Under the pieces are notes generated by a model, which did no database searches, was not told the origin of the DNA, and worked only from the letters and a program-made list of their open reading frames with translations. Of a stretch of 64,000 nucleotides of DNA, positions 14,101-26,195 are shown piece by piece. How positions within the stretch are numbered: the stretch's first letter is position 1; each line of letters starts with the position of its first letter. The translations under genes were made by a program, and so were the position numbers. The stretch comes from Lytechinus pictus (taxonomy: Eukaryota), in assembly GCF_037042905.1 (NCBI RefSeq), contig NC_087250.1:5086001-5150000 (forward strand), read 5' to 3'.

Positions 14101-16575
14101 ATACCAAGGGTGACATGGATAGACAAGCAAACTTACTTGATCGACCCCCCCCCCCTTGGCCCCATTGGAAATTATGCGAGTAGTCGTCTGTATATCAATT
14201 CTCCAATGAACCAGTTTCTCAAGTTCTCAACACTGAGTATATTATGCCGGGATATTATATGTTGACTGTCAAATTAATATCCAACAAACTATAGTGTCCA
14301 ACATTGTGTCAATGTTAACTGTCAACAACTCTCTAATAAACTATTCCAATTACGCTGTCCACGTTGTGCCATTGTCCGTTGTTCAACAACTCTCCATCAA
14401 ACTAGTTTCCACCTTTGTCAACGTTGTGCCATTGTCGACTGTCCAACAAATCTCCAAGCAAATAGTTTCCAACGTTGTTCCGTTGTCGGTTGTTCAGCAA
14501 CTCTCCATCGAACTAGTTTCCGACGTAGTCAACGCTGACATGTGCCTTTGTTGGCTGATGTTCAACAACTATCCAATCAAACACATTTCCAACGTTGTGA
14601 CGTTGTTGGCTGTCCAACAAATCTCCAACACACTAGTTTCCAATGTTGTGCCATTGTCCGTTGTTCAACAACTTTCCAACGTTGTGTCATCGTCGACTAT
14701 CCTACTATTCTCCAACCTACCAGTTTCCAACGTTGTGCCTGTGTCAGTTGTTCAACAACTTTCCGGCTTTATCAACGTTGTGTCATGGTCTACTATCTAA
14801 CTAATCTGACTAATCTAACTAATGTGCCATCGTCGACTATCCAAAAAATCTCCATCGAACTAGTTTCTAGCTTTGACAACGTTGTGCCATAGTTGGTTGT
14901 TCAACATTTTTCCATCGAACTAGTTTCCAACGTTGCCAACCTTGTATCATCGTCGACTATCCAACTAATCTCCAACCTACTAGTTTCCAACGTTTTGCCA
15001 TTGTCGACCTTCCAACAAATCTCCAACAAACTAGTTTCCAACTTTGTCAACGTTGTCTCATTGTCGGTTGATCAACAACTTTCCATCGAACTGGTTTCCA
15101 ACGTTGCCAACGTTGTGTAATTGTTGGCTGTTCAGCAACTATCCAATTAAACATGTTTCCATCGTTGTGCCATTGTCGACTGTCCAACAACTCTCCAACT
15201 AACAAGTTTCCAACGTTGCCAACGTCGTGTAATTGTTGATTGTTCAACAACTTTCTTGCGAACTAGTTTCCAACGTTGCCAACGTTGTGCCTTTGCTGGC
15301 TGTTCAACAACTATCCAATCAAACGTGTCTCCAACGTTGTGACATTGTCGACTGTCCAACAACTCTCCAACTTACTAGTTTCCAACGTTGTGCCATTGTC
15401 GACCGTCCAACAAACTAGTTTCCAACTTTGTCAACGTTGTGCCATTGTCGGTTGTTCAACAACTTTCCAGCAAACTAGTTTCCAACGTTGCCAACGTTGT
15501 GCCTTTGCTGGCTGTTCAACAACTATCCAATCAAACGTGTTTCCAACGTTGTGACATTGTCGACTGTCCAACAACTCTCCAACTAACAAGTTTCCAACGT
15601 TGCCAACGTCGTGTTATTGTTGATTGTCCATCATCTTTCCATCAAACTAGTTTCCAACGTCGATTCAACGTTAATCCATCAAGTTTTTCCAACGTCCAAC
15701 GACTTACAAGTTTCCAACGTAGAGCCAACGTTGGCTTGTTACCTGGGGTTGTACATTATTTGTCTTCATCGTCTAGAAATCACTTAAAATATCGGTAACT
15801 TATGCAAATGACTCTACTGCCCAGCATTATAGTCAAATTAAAAAGATACATACAGTGGCAACTCTTATACTAGATGCTGAAATATAATGGGCAATGAAAG
15901 AAGTAATCTCAAGCAGGTTTGAAGCTAAACCAACACCTTAACACTGCTTTCAATTCTACAACCATACCTTTGATGACCTAGTACAACATACAATTTATTG
16001 CAGTCTACTGCTTCATCTACATGATTTGTAGAATGCGGCGTTAGTAATTAGTGTCAATAAGGCCTACAGAGATCTTCATTTCTCTCAAAAGATTTTGTTG
16101 TGTAATCACCAAATGTACTGCTTCGTTACATATTCACAAGTAGTGCATGTCCAGTCAACGATGCTTAGGGCTGTTTCAGGTCTGCTGTCCTTAATGCTAT
16201 ACAGGGAACATACAGTCAATGATGCTTGAGGCTGTTTCAGGTCTACTGTACATGCTATACAAGTCAGTCAATAATATCAAAACCTTACTGACAAGAAGGT
16301 GTCACTATGTGGGCATTGCTCGACATTACATCCCAATGAAGCTTTGTCATTTGGGAGAAAAATTGACAAGCAAAAAAAAAAAAAAAAAGTTCTTCAAGTT
16401 CAAAGGAGGGGGCCGTCAGGGGGTCGTCAGGGATCAGTTGTGACTCGTCAGGGGGGGGGGGCAGTCTGCCCCCCCTTAGGTACGCTAGTGGCGTAACCCG
16501 ATTTTCAACCAATGAAATGTGCGAATAGTGACTTGGTTTTTACGGTAAAACGCAATTCTGTAGACTGAGGTGGTA

Positions 16576-17460
16576 GAGGTGTGTGGATCAGTGGATAAGT
16601 CACCGGACTTTGAACCGAAAGGTCCGGGGTTTGAATCCCATCACAGCTCTCGCGTCCTTTGGCAAGACACTTATCTACATTTGGCACTCTCCACCCAGGT
16701 GTAGTGAATGGGTACCCGGTAGGAAGGAATTCCTTGAATGCACGAGCGTCCGATCAGGATATAGCCGTGCTAATTAAATGATTAAAGGGGAATCCAACCC
16801 AAATAAAAACTTGTTTTTATAAGGAAAATAAAAATCAGACAAGTTGATAGGTGAAAGTTTGAACAATATTGGACAAACAACAAGAAAGTTATGCATTTTT
16901 AAAAGTTGTGAATATTGGTAATCCCTATACCCATGGAGACTTCAAATTGGCCGCATAGGGGATGTCATAGTGATGGAAGGCAAGGACTACTCTTCCAAGT
17001 ACTCCAATACATATTATGGCTAAAATGTCATTTTCCCCAAAAAGTTTTATTTCAAATTATATTTTTCTTTCATGAGGACATAAAACAATATACTACCTGG
17101 GTTATATTTAGATTACTGCCCCGGGGGAATGGGTACTCAGGATAAAACCACAAATCCCTGATAATAAAGTACATGGCCTATGGGAAAATTGTCCTTGCCC
17201 TTGTCATAATTTACTGATCCAGTTGCCAATTTGAAATCTACATAGTATTAGTGATCTCAATTTTAAAGCAGCTATAACTTTCTTATTGCTTGTCCGATTT
17301 CTTTCAAACTTTCACCATTCTGTTTAATTGATTTTTCTCCTTCCCAACACAACATTAATGGCCAAGGCTGGATTCCCCTTTAAGCCGGGGTAATAGTATG
17401 CAACGTTTAGAAACATTTGTATTAAGCGCTATATAAATGTTGCATATAATTGTTTTTTAA
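16576..17460 (+). mobile_element. tRNA-derived SINE (CORE-like centre) interrupted by a Kolobok-type MITE
   Basis: A box TGGATCAGTGG and B box GTTTGAATCC; body CCACCCAGGTG..GAATGGGTACCCGGTAGGAAG is shared with 60565-60858. Sequence resumes GCCGGGGTAATA after 17383. Confidence 0.85.
16786..17379. mobile_element. Kolobok-type MITE
   Basis: TTAA|AGGGGAATCCAACC ... GGCTGGATTCCCCT|TTAA. Confidence 0.85.
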
Positions 17461-17833
17461 TATTATTTTTTTTTGTGGATAGGCTCCAAGCATTAATCTC
17501 CTTCAGAAAGACACAAATTCATTAATATTATGCTGCACCCAACTAAGGAAAGGTAAATCGAAACGACATAAATTAAAGACGTACTCCAGTCTGAAAATAA
17601 TATGATTCGTCTGAGATGAGGCAAAATCAGACAAACAATACAACAAGAAATGGACAAGGAATAACAAAGTTATGAAATTTTAAAGCTTTGCATTATTTCG
17701 GTAAAACAGATCTTTGTATATCCTCATGAATATACACAACGAGCAACATGTCAGATCCCTACTTATTTCAAATCAAATCGTGTCCACCAGGAAAAAAAAA
17801 ATGGATTGACAATGGATCTAATGCATAAGATAT

Positions 17834-18254
17834 GATAATAATAATCCGCTTTTATATAGGGCTTAATACATCGGAACGGCGCGTCGTTCCGACGTATTAA
17901 GCGATGTATTAAGCGACGGATTAATTAAGCGACGCGTCTCAGCGCTTTTACCCCGGTCATCGGATTCAATCAGTCATTCCCGCACACAATGTGTGCACAT
18001 CCTCCACTCCCTGGGGAGTATTCCAGTAAGTCGCCGGTGAGGCGCACACAGTACTGGACAAGCTACAATGACTATCACATCCTATCGGGTACCCATTTAG
18101 CACCTGGGTCGAGAGTGGCAAAGTGTAGATTAATGCCTTGCCAAAGGACGACAGACCGTGGTGGGATCCGAACACACGACCCTCTGTTTACAAGGCGAGA
18201 GTCAGAACCACTACACCACGGCTCCTTCAGGATACACCACTACACCACGGCTCC
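17834..18254 (-). mobile_element. tRNA-derived SINE inserted in a decayed Kolobok-type MITE (~17575-18490)
   Basis: Reverse-strand head GGAGCCGTGGTGTAGTGGTTCTGACTCTCGCCTTGTAAACAGAGGGTCGTGTGTTCGGATCCC; (ATT)n tail; flanking direct repeat AAGATAT (17826-32, 18255-61). Confidence 0.85.
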
Positions 18255-19314
18255 AAGATATTTATTACTGCAACTTATAATGTTAGAAGGGAAACATGTC
18301 ATACACACATAATATCAAATAACTGTGATTTCATATGATAACATTAGAGAAAAGAATATGTGGACATAACATTATTAGCCTATATTGCGCATTCATCACG
18401 GCGTGCATATAACTAATTAGAAATTACTAACTTTTAAATTCGTCACCTCCTCATTTGTTACCATTTTTTGAAGAAATTTTCAGTGTTTTGCTGTTTTTTG
18501 TTGGAAATGAAATGAATGAATGAACAAAGGAGACGAAGATTGAAACATGTAATTAATTAAGAGAGCAGCATTAATAGTACATGAAATCCTATTAAACACA
18601 TATGATATTGATAACCGCTTTGGCTCGTGTTCAAGGTCACTGCACTCTTATGAACAATCGAGTGAAAGCGTAGCCAGGAACATTGTATCCAAGCCATTGA
18701 CGAGCCGATACAAAGGGGAGTCATAAGCGAACAAAATTAAATGGTACTTGGAGCCCAAATTACCACATTGAAAGTAAAATTATACGAGCAAAACACCGAT
18801 CTCATCAAAATCGGATCATTCATTTGATTGCATGGTTGTGGAGGCCTATTATTTCGGTGAAACAGTTATTATGTCTGCATGAATAATGAATAGACAGACG
18901 AGTTGACGATTCCACGCCCCTCCATAGTCGTATGCAGCATAGGGGTAAGGGGCAGTCTCCCCCCTGAAATTATGAAAACTTACATTTTACTGAACATTTT
19001 CACAAATTTCACCACTTATCCTGAAAAAAAAAATCTAGACAATAATAGTTTGTCATTCTCGGGGCTAGAAATCGGATTAATGTCATATAATGAAATTTTA
19101 GTCCCTCTCCCCACCAGAAAAAAAAGGGTGAGATGACACCAACCATCTTTTTATTTTATTTTTTTTTGTATTTTTTAATTTTTTTAATTTTTTAATTTTT
19201 TAATTTTTTTTTTTTAATGTTATAATTTGTATTTTCCCCTTTTATGTTCAATGTTTATATCTGGTATTCAGTATTTATTACATCATGTATTTTACAATAT
19301 CATATATATATTAA

Positions 19315-19901
19315 AGGTCAAGTCCAACCCAGAAAAATGTTAATTTGAATAGATAGAGAAAAATCAAACAAGCATTATGCTGAAAAATTCATCAAAATCG
19401 GATGTAAAATTTCAAAGTTTCGCTTATTGTTCACAAAACAGTAATATGCAGAACTCAGTGACATGCAAATGAGACAGTCGATGATGTCCCTCACTCACTA
19501 TTTCTTTTCTTTTTTATTGTTTGAATTATACAATATTTCATTTTTTACAAATTTGACAATAAGGACCAACTTGATTGAACCATATAATATTAAACAATGC
19601 TAATTGCACATGTTCAGGGAGGAATTAATCGTTGTTTCACACGACAACAGGGAGAAAATTGGAATATTTCATATTTCACATAATAAAATACAAAAGAAAT
19701 AGTGAGTGGATGACGTCATCAGTCTCCTCATTTGCATACCAACCAGGATGTGCATATAACTGTTTTGTGAAATTAAGTGAAACTTTAAAATGTCATAACG
19801 TTCTTATTTTACATCCGATTTTGATGAAATTTTCAGTGTTACGTTTGTTGAATTTTTCTCTTTTTATTCAAATCAACTTTTTGTTGGGGTGGACTTGTCC
19901 T
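19315..19901. mobile_element. Kolobok-type MITE, family A
   Basis: TTAA|AGGTCAAGTCCA ... TGGACTTGTCCT|TTAA; colinear with 11786-12386. Confidence 0.88.
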
Positions 19902-20564
19902 TTAAGTTTCCAGATTCTGTAAAGGTGGCAGCGCTAATAAGGCTTTCCCTTTCTAGTTGCCTCCTCATTCATTTATAAATCATGTACACTCTTTTCTTTT
20001 TATTCAACTGTTTCCCAGATTTTATCATTGTAATATTTGCAATTTCCCATGTAATTTATGTAAACTTTGTATGTACCTTGTATTTGTTTTTATGATGAAT
20101 GGAATAAATGCTATCAAATCAAATCAAAATCAAAACCACTTGTGTCGATCTGTGACGTCATACATGTCATACTATTCAAGTGGGGGGAATGAAACAATAG
20201 AATCACCCCCTTGAACAACAGGTTCACAACACAAATCGACACCTATGACACCAACAACGGTTTCCTAATTCTTGCAGCAATAATCATGATAATGACAATA
20301 CTTGATGATATTAATAATCCTAATGATAACAATGATATTCAAAACGAAGGCGAGCGAAGGGTTGATATAACCAAATAAGACGAAGGAACAGTGAGCAATG
20401 GTTTGATATGGCGTGCGATTAGAAACGAAGACGAGGGAATAGATCAGGCAATCTTGATGATATTAATTATACTAAGGATAACAATGATGATCAAATAATA
20501 GTAGTACTAATTATGATATTACTAATGATAAACAGAATTAGATCAATAATAAAAATCTGATTAA

Positions 20565-20942
20565 AGGTATTGTTTAACTTTGTGAGCAGCCGATTTAAAA
20601 AATTCTCAAACCAAGATGTAACATGTGTACAAGTGCATGTATTAGAACTAATAAACCCTGAAAACAACCATTATTGAGAATGAAAAGCTAAAACTACAAG
20701 GCAAACCCCGATTTTGTAAATAGGCGTCTTATAGACGCCTAAATAGTACACATAAGTGTATGGGATGAAATTAAGATGGTGTTTTCGGTCACTTTATATT
20801 TCAATTTTTGAAGCACTAAATAATTATTTTCGAACGCAATTTTTTCTGGGCTTCATTTTTGTAACATATCACAGACACAGGTGACAAGTGTGAACTTCTA
20901 GCTCAGATTTTTAAAAAGTCAAACCAATGTTAACCAATCACT
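20565..20942. mobile_element. Kolobok-type MITE
   Basis: TTAA|AGGTATTGTTTAAC ... GTTAACCAATCACT|TTAA, imperfect TIR. Confidence 0.7.
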
Positions 20943-21596
20943 TTAACAATAAAATACATTTTAAAAGAAACGAATAATACGGGTTATTCTCATGGTGTCG
21001 TTGGGAATGGAACAAGCGCGCAGTTATCACCCTCAAACTGATAATCAAATCACATTTATTATCAACTACAAGGGAACAATGTGTCATGATTTTTCGCCGC
21101 AAGCAAGGATAATCTCATTGATGCTAATGAAGAGCTGACGACAACGAGGCCATCGTAATTAACTCTTCAAAATATTTCATAAATCTGAATGAAATCTATT
21201 TGTAAAAGCCCTTCGATTCATCGCAACAATAATTTTTGTTTCCGCCTCTTCAATGATGAAAATACGACTCTACCTTCAAAATAGTTGAAATTGGTTGTGG
21301 AATGTCATTTCCTCTCTTGAAACAGAATGAACACGTGAATTTAGACATTATCCATGTTATTAAGGAGTAAATTCAAGAGTGTGTGATATATAACATTTAA
21401 CTCTATAATCAGACTGGATTCATCCTAATATCACCAGTTGTCTACATATTTTTACTTCACATTTTTCTCATTTGAAGAGAGAGGTTGGTGGGGGAAAGAA
21501 AGGAGGGTGAGGGAAAGAAGAGAGAGAGAGAGGGGAGAGTGGGGGGGGGGGTGATAAGTATCTTTCAATAATGAAACATTATTTCAGCGAATTTAA

Positions 21597-22038
21597 AGGT
21601 TTACCCTGACAAAAAAAGTTTATTGTAAAAAAAAAACAGAAACAAACAATAGAAAAATCCATAAAAGAATTAAAAAGTTATTAGAATTTTTATTATTTGA
21701 TTTGTGGCGTCATAGGCGAGCAGCATTTCTACATAGCGGATGGAAAAAACAAAATCAATAATATGTCATTTTCTCAGAAAATTGAAAATGGTTTTTAAGG
21801 TACCTTTTGTATATCAGTAGGCAAATCATTTTATACCCAATCATGAAATTCATAGATTTTATATGACATAACATATGTGGCAGCTGCTCGTTTATGACGT
21901 CACAATTCCAAACCTTAAAGTTCTAATAATTTTTTTATAATCGTTAGGGGGTTTTCCTCAAACCTTCACCAATATTTTTTAAATATTTTTCTTTCTGCTA
22001 TTCATACATCAGACTTTTCTTCATGGTGAAATTCCCCT
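21597..22038. mobile_element. Kolobok-type MITE, family B (related copies ~49415-50106 and ~54576-54800)
   Basis: TTAA flanks; ACCCTGAC..AAAAAG start and GGTGAAATTCCCCT end; shared GTGACGTCA/GCAGCTGC internal motifs. Confidence 0.65.
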
Positions 22039-22981
22039 TTAATAATATGAATGGGTTTGTCTGTGGTTTATAATCCTATTCATGAAGAGTGCCAATAATC
22101 ATCGCTTAGATAATAGGCTACATTAATACTAAGGAAAATATAATAATGATACCGATACAAAAGAAAAGAATTATATATATATATATATATATTACACCCG
22201 AATTAAAATACAAATTACACATTATTTTCTCTATAATATTGTATACAAGGTAAAACGCGGTAACTAAACGATGGTGTTCGGGTCTCTATCTCTTGTTATT
22301 TTAAGAATGGTTCGTATTTATTTACTCTAACTCTATAGAGACAGTTAGCACAATAAATATAGATCGCATAACGAGTATGAGGGTCAAATCTCAAACATGA
22401 AGGCCGAGTTAGCGAAACTGTTATCATTATAGAACATCTTGCCAAGTTCAATGCGCTCCTCCGGCGAGTGATTTAACGCTGCATTTATGACCGCATCAGC
22501 GTGGGGCCTAGAAAAGCAGTTGCCCTCCCTCCTCAGAAATTTTGAAAACTTACATTTTGTTTCCTACCCCTCCCCCCCCCCCACACACACACAAAATCCT
22601 TCGATTTCGATCCATAAGATACACCACATATGAAAAGCTTGGTCGCTGTGCTCCCACGGTTTCAAGTTTCTTCGACTCCCCCCCCCCCCCCCGAAGAATA
22701 AATAGCCTCAAAATTGTTGCTCTATCCGTTTCTTTTGTTAAATATCGACGGTACTACGTGGATACCGCGAAAGATCAGCCGTTCGACTGAAGAGGAAAAA
22801 TAATGAATTAAAAAAATAGTTAAAAAAAATTATCGCAATCAATATCTGTTGGGTGGAGCTATGCTCCGGCGCTTCACTATTGTCCTGCCTCCAGTGGCAT
22901 TGAGTGACATATGCTGTTATTTCCCATGCGCCTAACAAAACATATCACACCCATTAATTCGGGCATGTGTATCAAGTTTAA

Positions 22982-23667
22982 AGGCCCCCGCACACCTAAC
23001 CGAATTGCCTGAAATATGCCTTGCGATGGCTGGCGAAAGGCATTTTTATAAAAAATCGTTTTCAATGGTAACTGATAGTAAATCATATTTACCCTTCGTT
23101 TTGGGGTTCGTACATCTTCTGAACTAACAGCTGCGATTATTCCAATTCGCGCGAAAATTTTGAACATGTTTAAAATTTCCCGACGAATTGAAAAATCGTT
23201 GGTCATCTGTTTGAATTCGCATCTCTTGCGGTAATCGTTCGTTCATCGTTCGTGTGTTTTTGTCGCGCATAGTCCCTCTTCGCGCTTTTGCCAAAGTGGA
23301 CCGATCTCGAAAGAACCCGTAACGAAGCAACACGATGACACAACGAACAAGATTGCCTGATCTATTCCATCGTCTTCGTTTCTAATCCCACGCCATATCA
23401 AACCATTGCTCACTGTTCCTTCGTCTTATTTGGTTATATCAACCCTTCGCTCGCCTTCGGCAGCAATTTTCTCAAAGAGGTGAACCGAAAAATCGACATC
23501 CTTTGCATGTCATATTTATCCTTCACTTACCGTTCGTTGATAAGATTTGACAATAGTTTGTGATCGCATGATTTGACGGACATTTTATTTGAATTCGCGT
23601 GCATTTCGTTCATTTTCCTATTCGTCACCCTTCGTCCGCCTACATTCAGTCAGGTGTGAGGGGGCTT
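22982..23667. mobile_element. Non-autonomous PIF/Harbinger-like element
   Basis: TIR AGGCCCCCGCACACCTAACCGAAT ... ATTCAGTCAGGTGTGAGGGGGCTT. Confidence 0.75.
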
Positions 23668-24056
23668 TGAGCCTGGGTAACGCCGAAACCAAATCAGCTG
23701 CGAATCTATCCGAATGCAAGACAGTGTTCGAGTGAATTCGGTAGTATTCTGTTCTCCATCCGCGAATGCGAGAAAATTCGGGAGGGATTCGGGAACATTC
23801 ACATACGAATTCGTCTCGTTTTGAAATGGTCAATTAAACCAGGCCGAATACCCTCCAAGATATACTCCCGAATGCGGCCACAACTAATTTTATTCGGGTC
23901 ACATTCGGGCTGTATTCGGATGAACATAAAAAATCTATTGCCAAACGCCCGTCATGACAAAGAGCAACAAAACAGTCTTTGTAATAAAAAACTGATGAAT
24001 CAAAACAACAGCTCAGTCATATGACTAAAGTGATAACATGCATCTCTTCTGCATGT

Positions 24057-24867
24057 GAAGAGCTCACTTGCAAAAGGGGTTACGACCATTTTTTATCAAA
24101 TTTGATTTTTTGGTCTCAATGTATAGAGTTTTAATGGCTTTATAAGATGATACCAAAGAAAAGTTGAAATTCCCATTAAAAGTGAACTAAAATGGCAGAG
24201 ACAAATCATTTTTTTAAAAGGGGTTAGGTCCATTTCAGTTTGGTTGCAAAAGGGGTTAGGTCCACACAATTTTTTTTGGAGAAGAATATTTTTGAAATTT
24301 TATGAAGACTGGTAGATTTCTTTTTATACCCAATTTTATGTTCTCATGGTAAGGTATCATGAAAATTTAGTTTCGCCTAAGAATATTGCAATATGGAAGA
24401 ATAAAAACAAAGGAGTTTCTTGGAGTGGACCTAACCCCTTTTGCAATCAAACTCTTCTGAAGAGCTCATTTGTCAAAAGGGCTAGGTCCATTTGTCATAA
24501 ATCTAATTATTTTCTGTCTCAAAACCTCTAAATTTTTAGTCGCTCTGATGATACAAAAAAAAAATTCATGTTGAAAACGTGAATAAAAGTGGCAAAGAAA
24601 AATCACTTTTTTTGATCAAAAGAGATTGCATTCATTTCAGTTTGCTTGCAAAAGGGGTTAGGTCCACAATGATATTTTCTTAAATATATAGTTGAATATT
24701 GAAGACAGGTAGATTTCTTTCATACCCAATTTTATGTTCACATGATAGGGTAGTACATCCTGACATATTAATTCTTCATAAGAATATTGCAGTAAGTGAG
24801 AATAAAAACATGGGTTTTCTCGGAATGGTCCAAAGTGGACCTAACCCCTTTTGCAACCAAACTCTTC
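24057..24867. mobile_element. Head-to-tail dimer of a ~400 bp MITE with GAAGAG termini and 4-bp TSD (possibly Sola-like)
   Basis: ATGT|GAAGAGCTCACTTGCAAAAGGGGTTA ... TAACCCCTTTTGCAATCAAACTCTTC-T-GAAGAGCTCATTTG ... TAACCCCTTTTGCAACCAAACTCTTC|ATGT. Confidence 0.8.
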
Positions 24868-25001
24868 ATGTGTGGAATTCGAATGATACTAGCCATTCAT
24901 TTTGAACTCATATAGAGAGGAAGGGTTCAGTGTAGAATTGAAGCAAATCAATTTCAGTGATGAATTGTTTTTCTTGTTTACATTGTAGAGTGTTGAGGAA
25001 C

Positions 25002-26170
25002 ATGATACGTCGGAGAAAGTTCATTGTTCTGGCTGCCATTCTCAGCGCTGCTTGCTACTTGCAACTGTTTCTTCTCATCGAGCAGACGGACCTGAGCAAC
25101 GACAGAGACATCATCCTCCCCGTCAGGTCGCCAGACTTGGAAGAGCCGAGGAGGTCCATCTCCTCGAACGGATCAATGACGGGAGACACAAGGGAAGCAG
25201 GGTCTTTGGGCCAAGCTTTGACCCGATCTTGGACCACACGAAACAACCACGTGAAACCACGTTACAGGGATTTCAGGACAAATTCAGAAGTAAAAGATGC
25301 CGTGGTTAATAGTACCTTGATGTCAAGGACTAAGCCAATGGTACAACAGTTCAATTCTGGAAGGAAATCCACGATAAACCACACCATAGCAAACGACAAT
25401 GACCTTACGTATCACAAAGGCTCCCGGAAGAACCAGGTTGTGAAAAGTGTTACGGGCATTCCAATGACAACACGCTCACGTGATCAATCCGCTGTGAAGC
25501 AGGGCGATCCAGGCGCAGACTTCTTGGTAAAGCAGCCCCAAAACGGTACAGAATCGAAACCAAAGCAAAAAGTTGTTGACAAGAAGCTTCGAGAGCTTGA
25601 CGCAGAATCTGTACTACTCAAAGCCGAGATTGATCACCGGAAGATGCATGTTTCGACGACAAGGGCTCCATCCCACCGCTGCCACCGAAATGTACACCTG
25701 TGGGCTAACGCAGCCAATGAACTGGGATACCGTAAAGGTAAACACCTGATAGACTGCCCCAGAAGTGTCTGCGATGTCCAGATAACCCTCGACATGGACG
25801 TCAACACCATGCAGGAGAATGAAGCGCTTGTCCTGTTCCATTGGTCGAGCTGGGACTGGGGAAAACTGCATAGCTTTCGGCCACCAGGGCAGAAATGGGT
25901 CTTCTACACCCTGGAGAGTCCTCGGCACACACGGCGTCATGTCATCCCGCCAGATAAATACTATAACACTTCGTATGATTACATAATGACCTTCAGGTAC
26001 GACTCGGACTTCCGTGCTGATTATGGGCAATATAGGGCTGGGATACCAGAGCTTGAGGCGGACGACAATAAAAATTGGGCTGAAAATCGAACCAAGCTGG
26101 TTGCCTGGATGGCATCAAACTGCCGCGGCACATCGTGGCCAAGAATGGACTTCGTTCAGAGGCTCTCAAG
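25002..26170 (+). CDS. Alpha-1,3-fucosyltransferase (GT10 family), coding exon 1: cytoplasmic tail, TM anchor, long stem, N-terminal catalytic domain
   Basis: ATG at 25002 lies just after a splice acceptor (ttcttgtttacattgtAG, 24987-88). MIRRRK plus hydrophobic FIVLAAILSAACYLQLFLLI is a type II Golgi anchor. GT10-like motifs: RPPGQKWVFYTLESP, MTFRYDSDF, KLVAWMASNC. Donor AG|gtaaga at 26170/26171 (phase 2). Confidence 0.93.
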
Positions 26171-26195
26171 GTAAGAGTTTGTTAGAAGTACATTC

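Larger units (their letters stand above)
8924..15747. mobile_element. 6.8 kb non-autonomous DNA transposon, CCCAG termini, AACGTT-rich subterminal arrays (CMC/EnSpm-like)
   Basis: GT|CCCAGGTAACAA ... TTGTTACCTGGG|GT (12-bp TIR, 2-bp TSD). CAACGTTG arrays at ~8940-9490, 9930-10110 and 14280-15735. Confidence 0.82.

Noticed and set aside
13706..14265. Phe-rich or Lys-rich ORFs (also 33855-34430, 37774-38172, 43860-44407)
   Set aside because: Low-complexity polypyrimidine/polypurine tracts.
14294..15798. ORFs with repetitive VSNVVPLS/QRCQR peptides
   Set aside because: Translations of the AACGTT subterminal array; open in several frames with no protein signature.
24957..25001. N-terminal extension of the 405 aa ORF (MMNCFSCLHCRVLRN)
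   Set aside because: It overlaps a polypyrimidine tract and AG acceptor. The ATG at 25002 gives a canonical type II membrane N-terminus.
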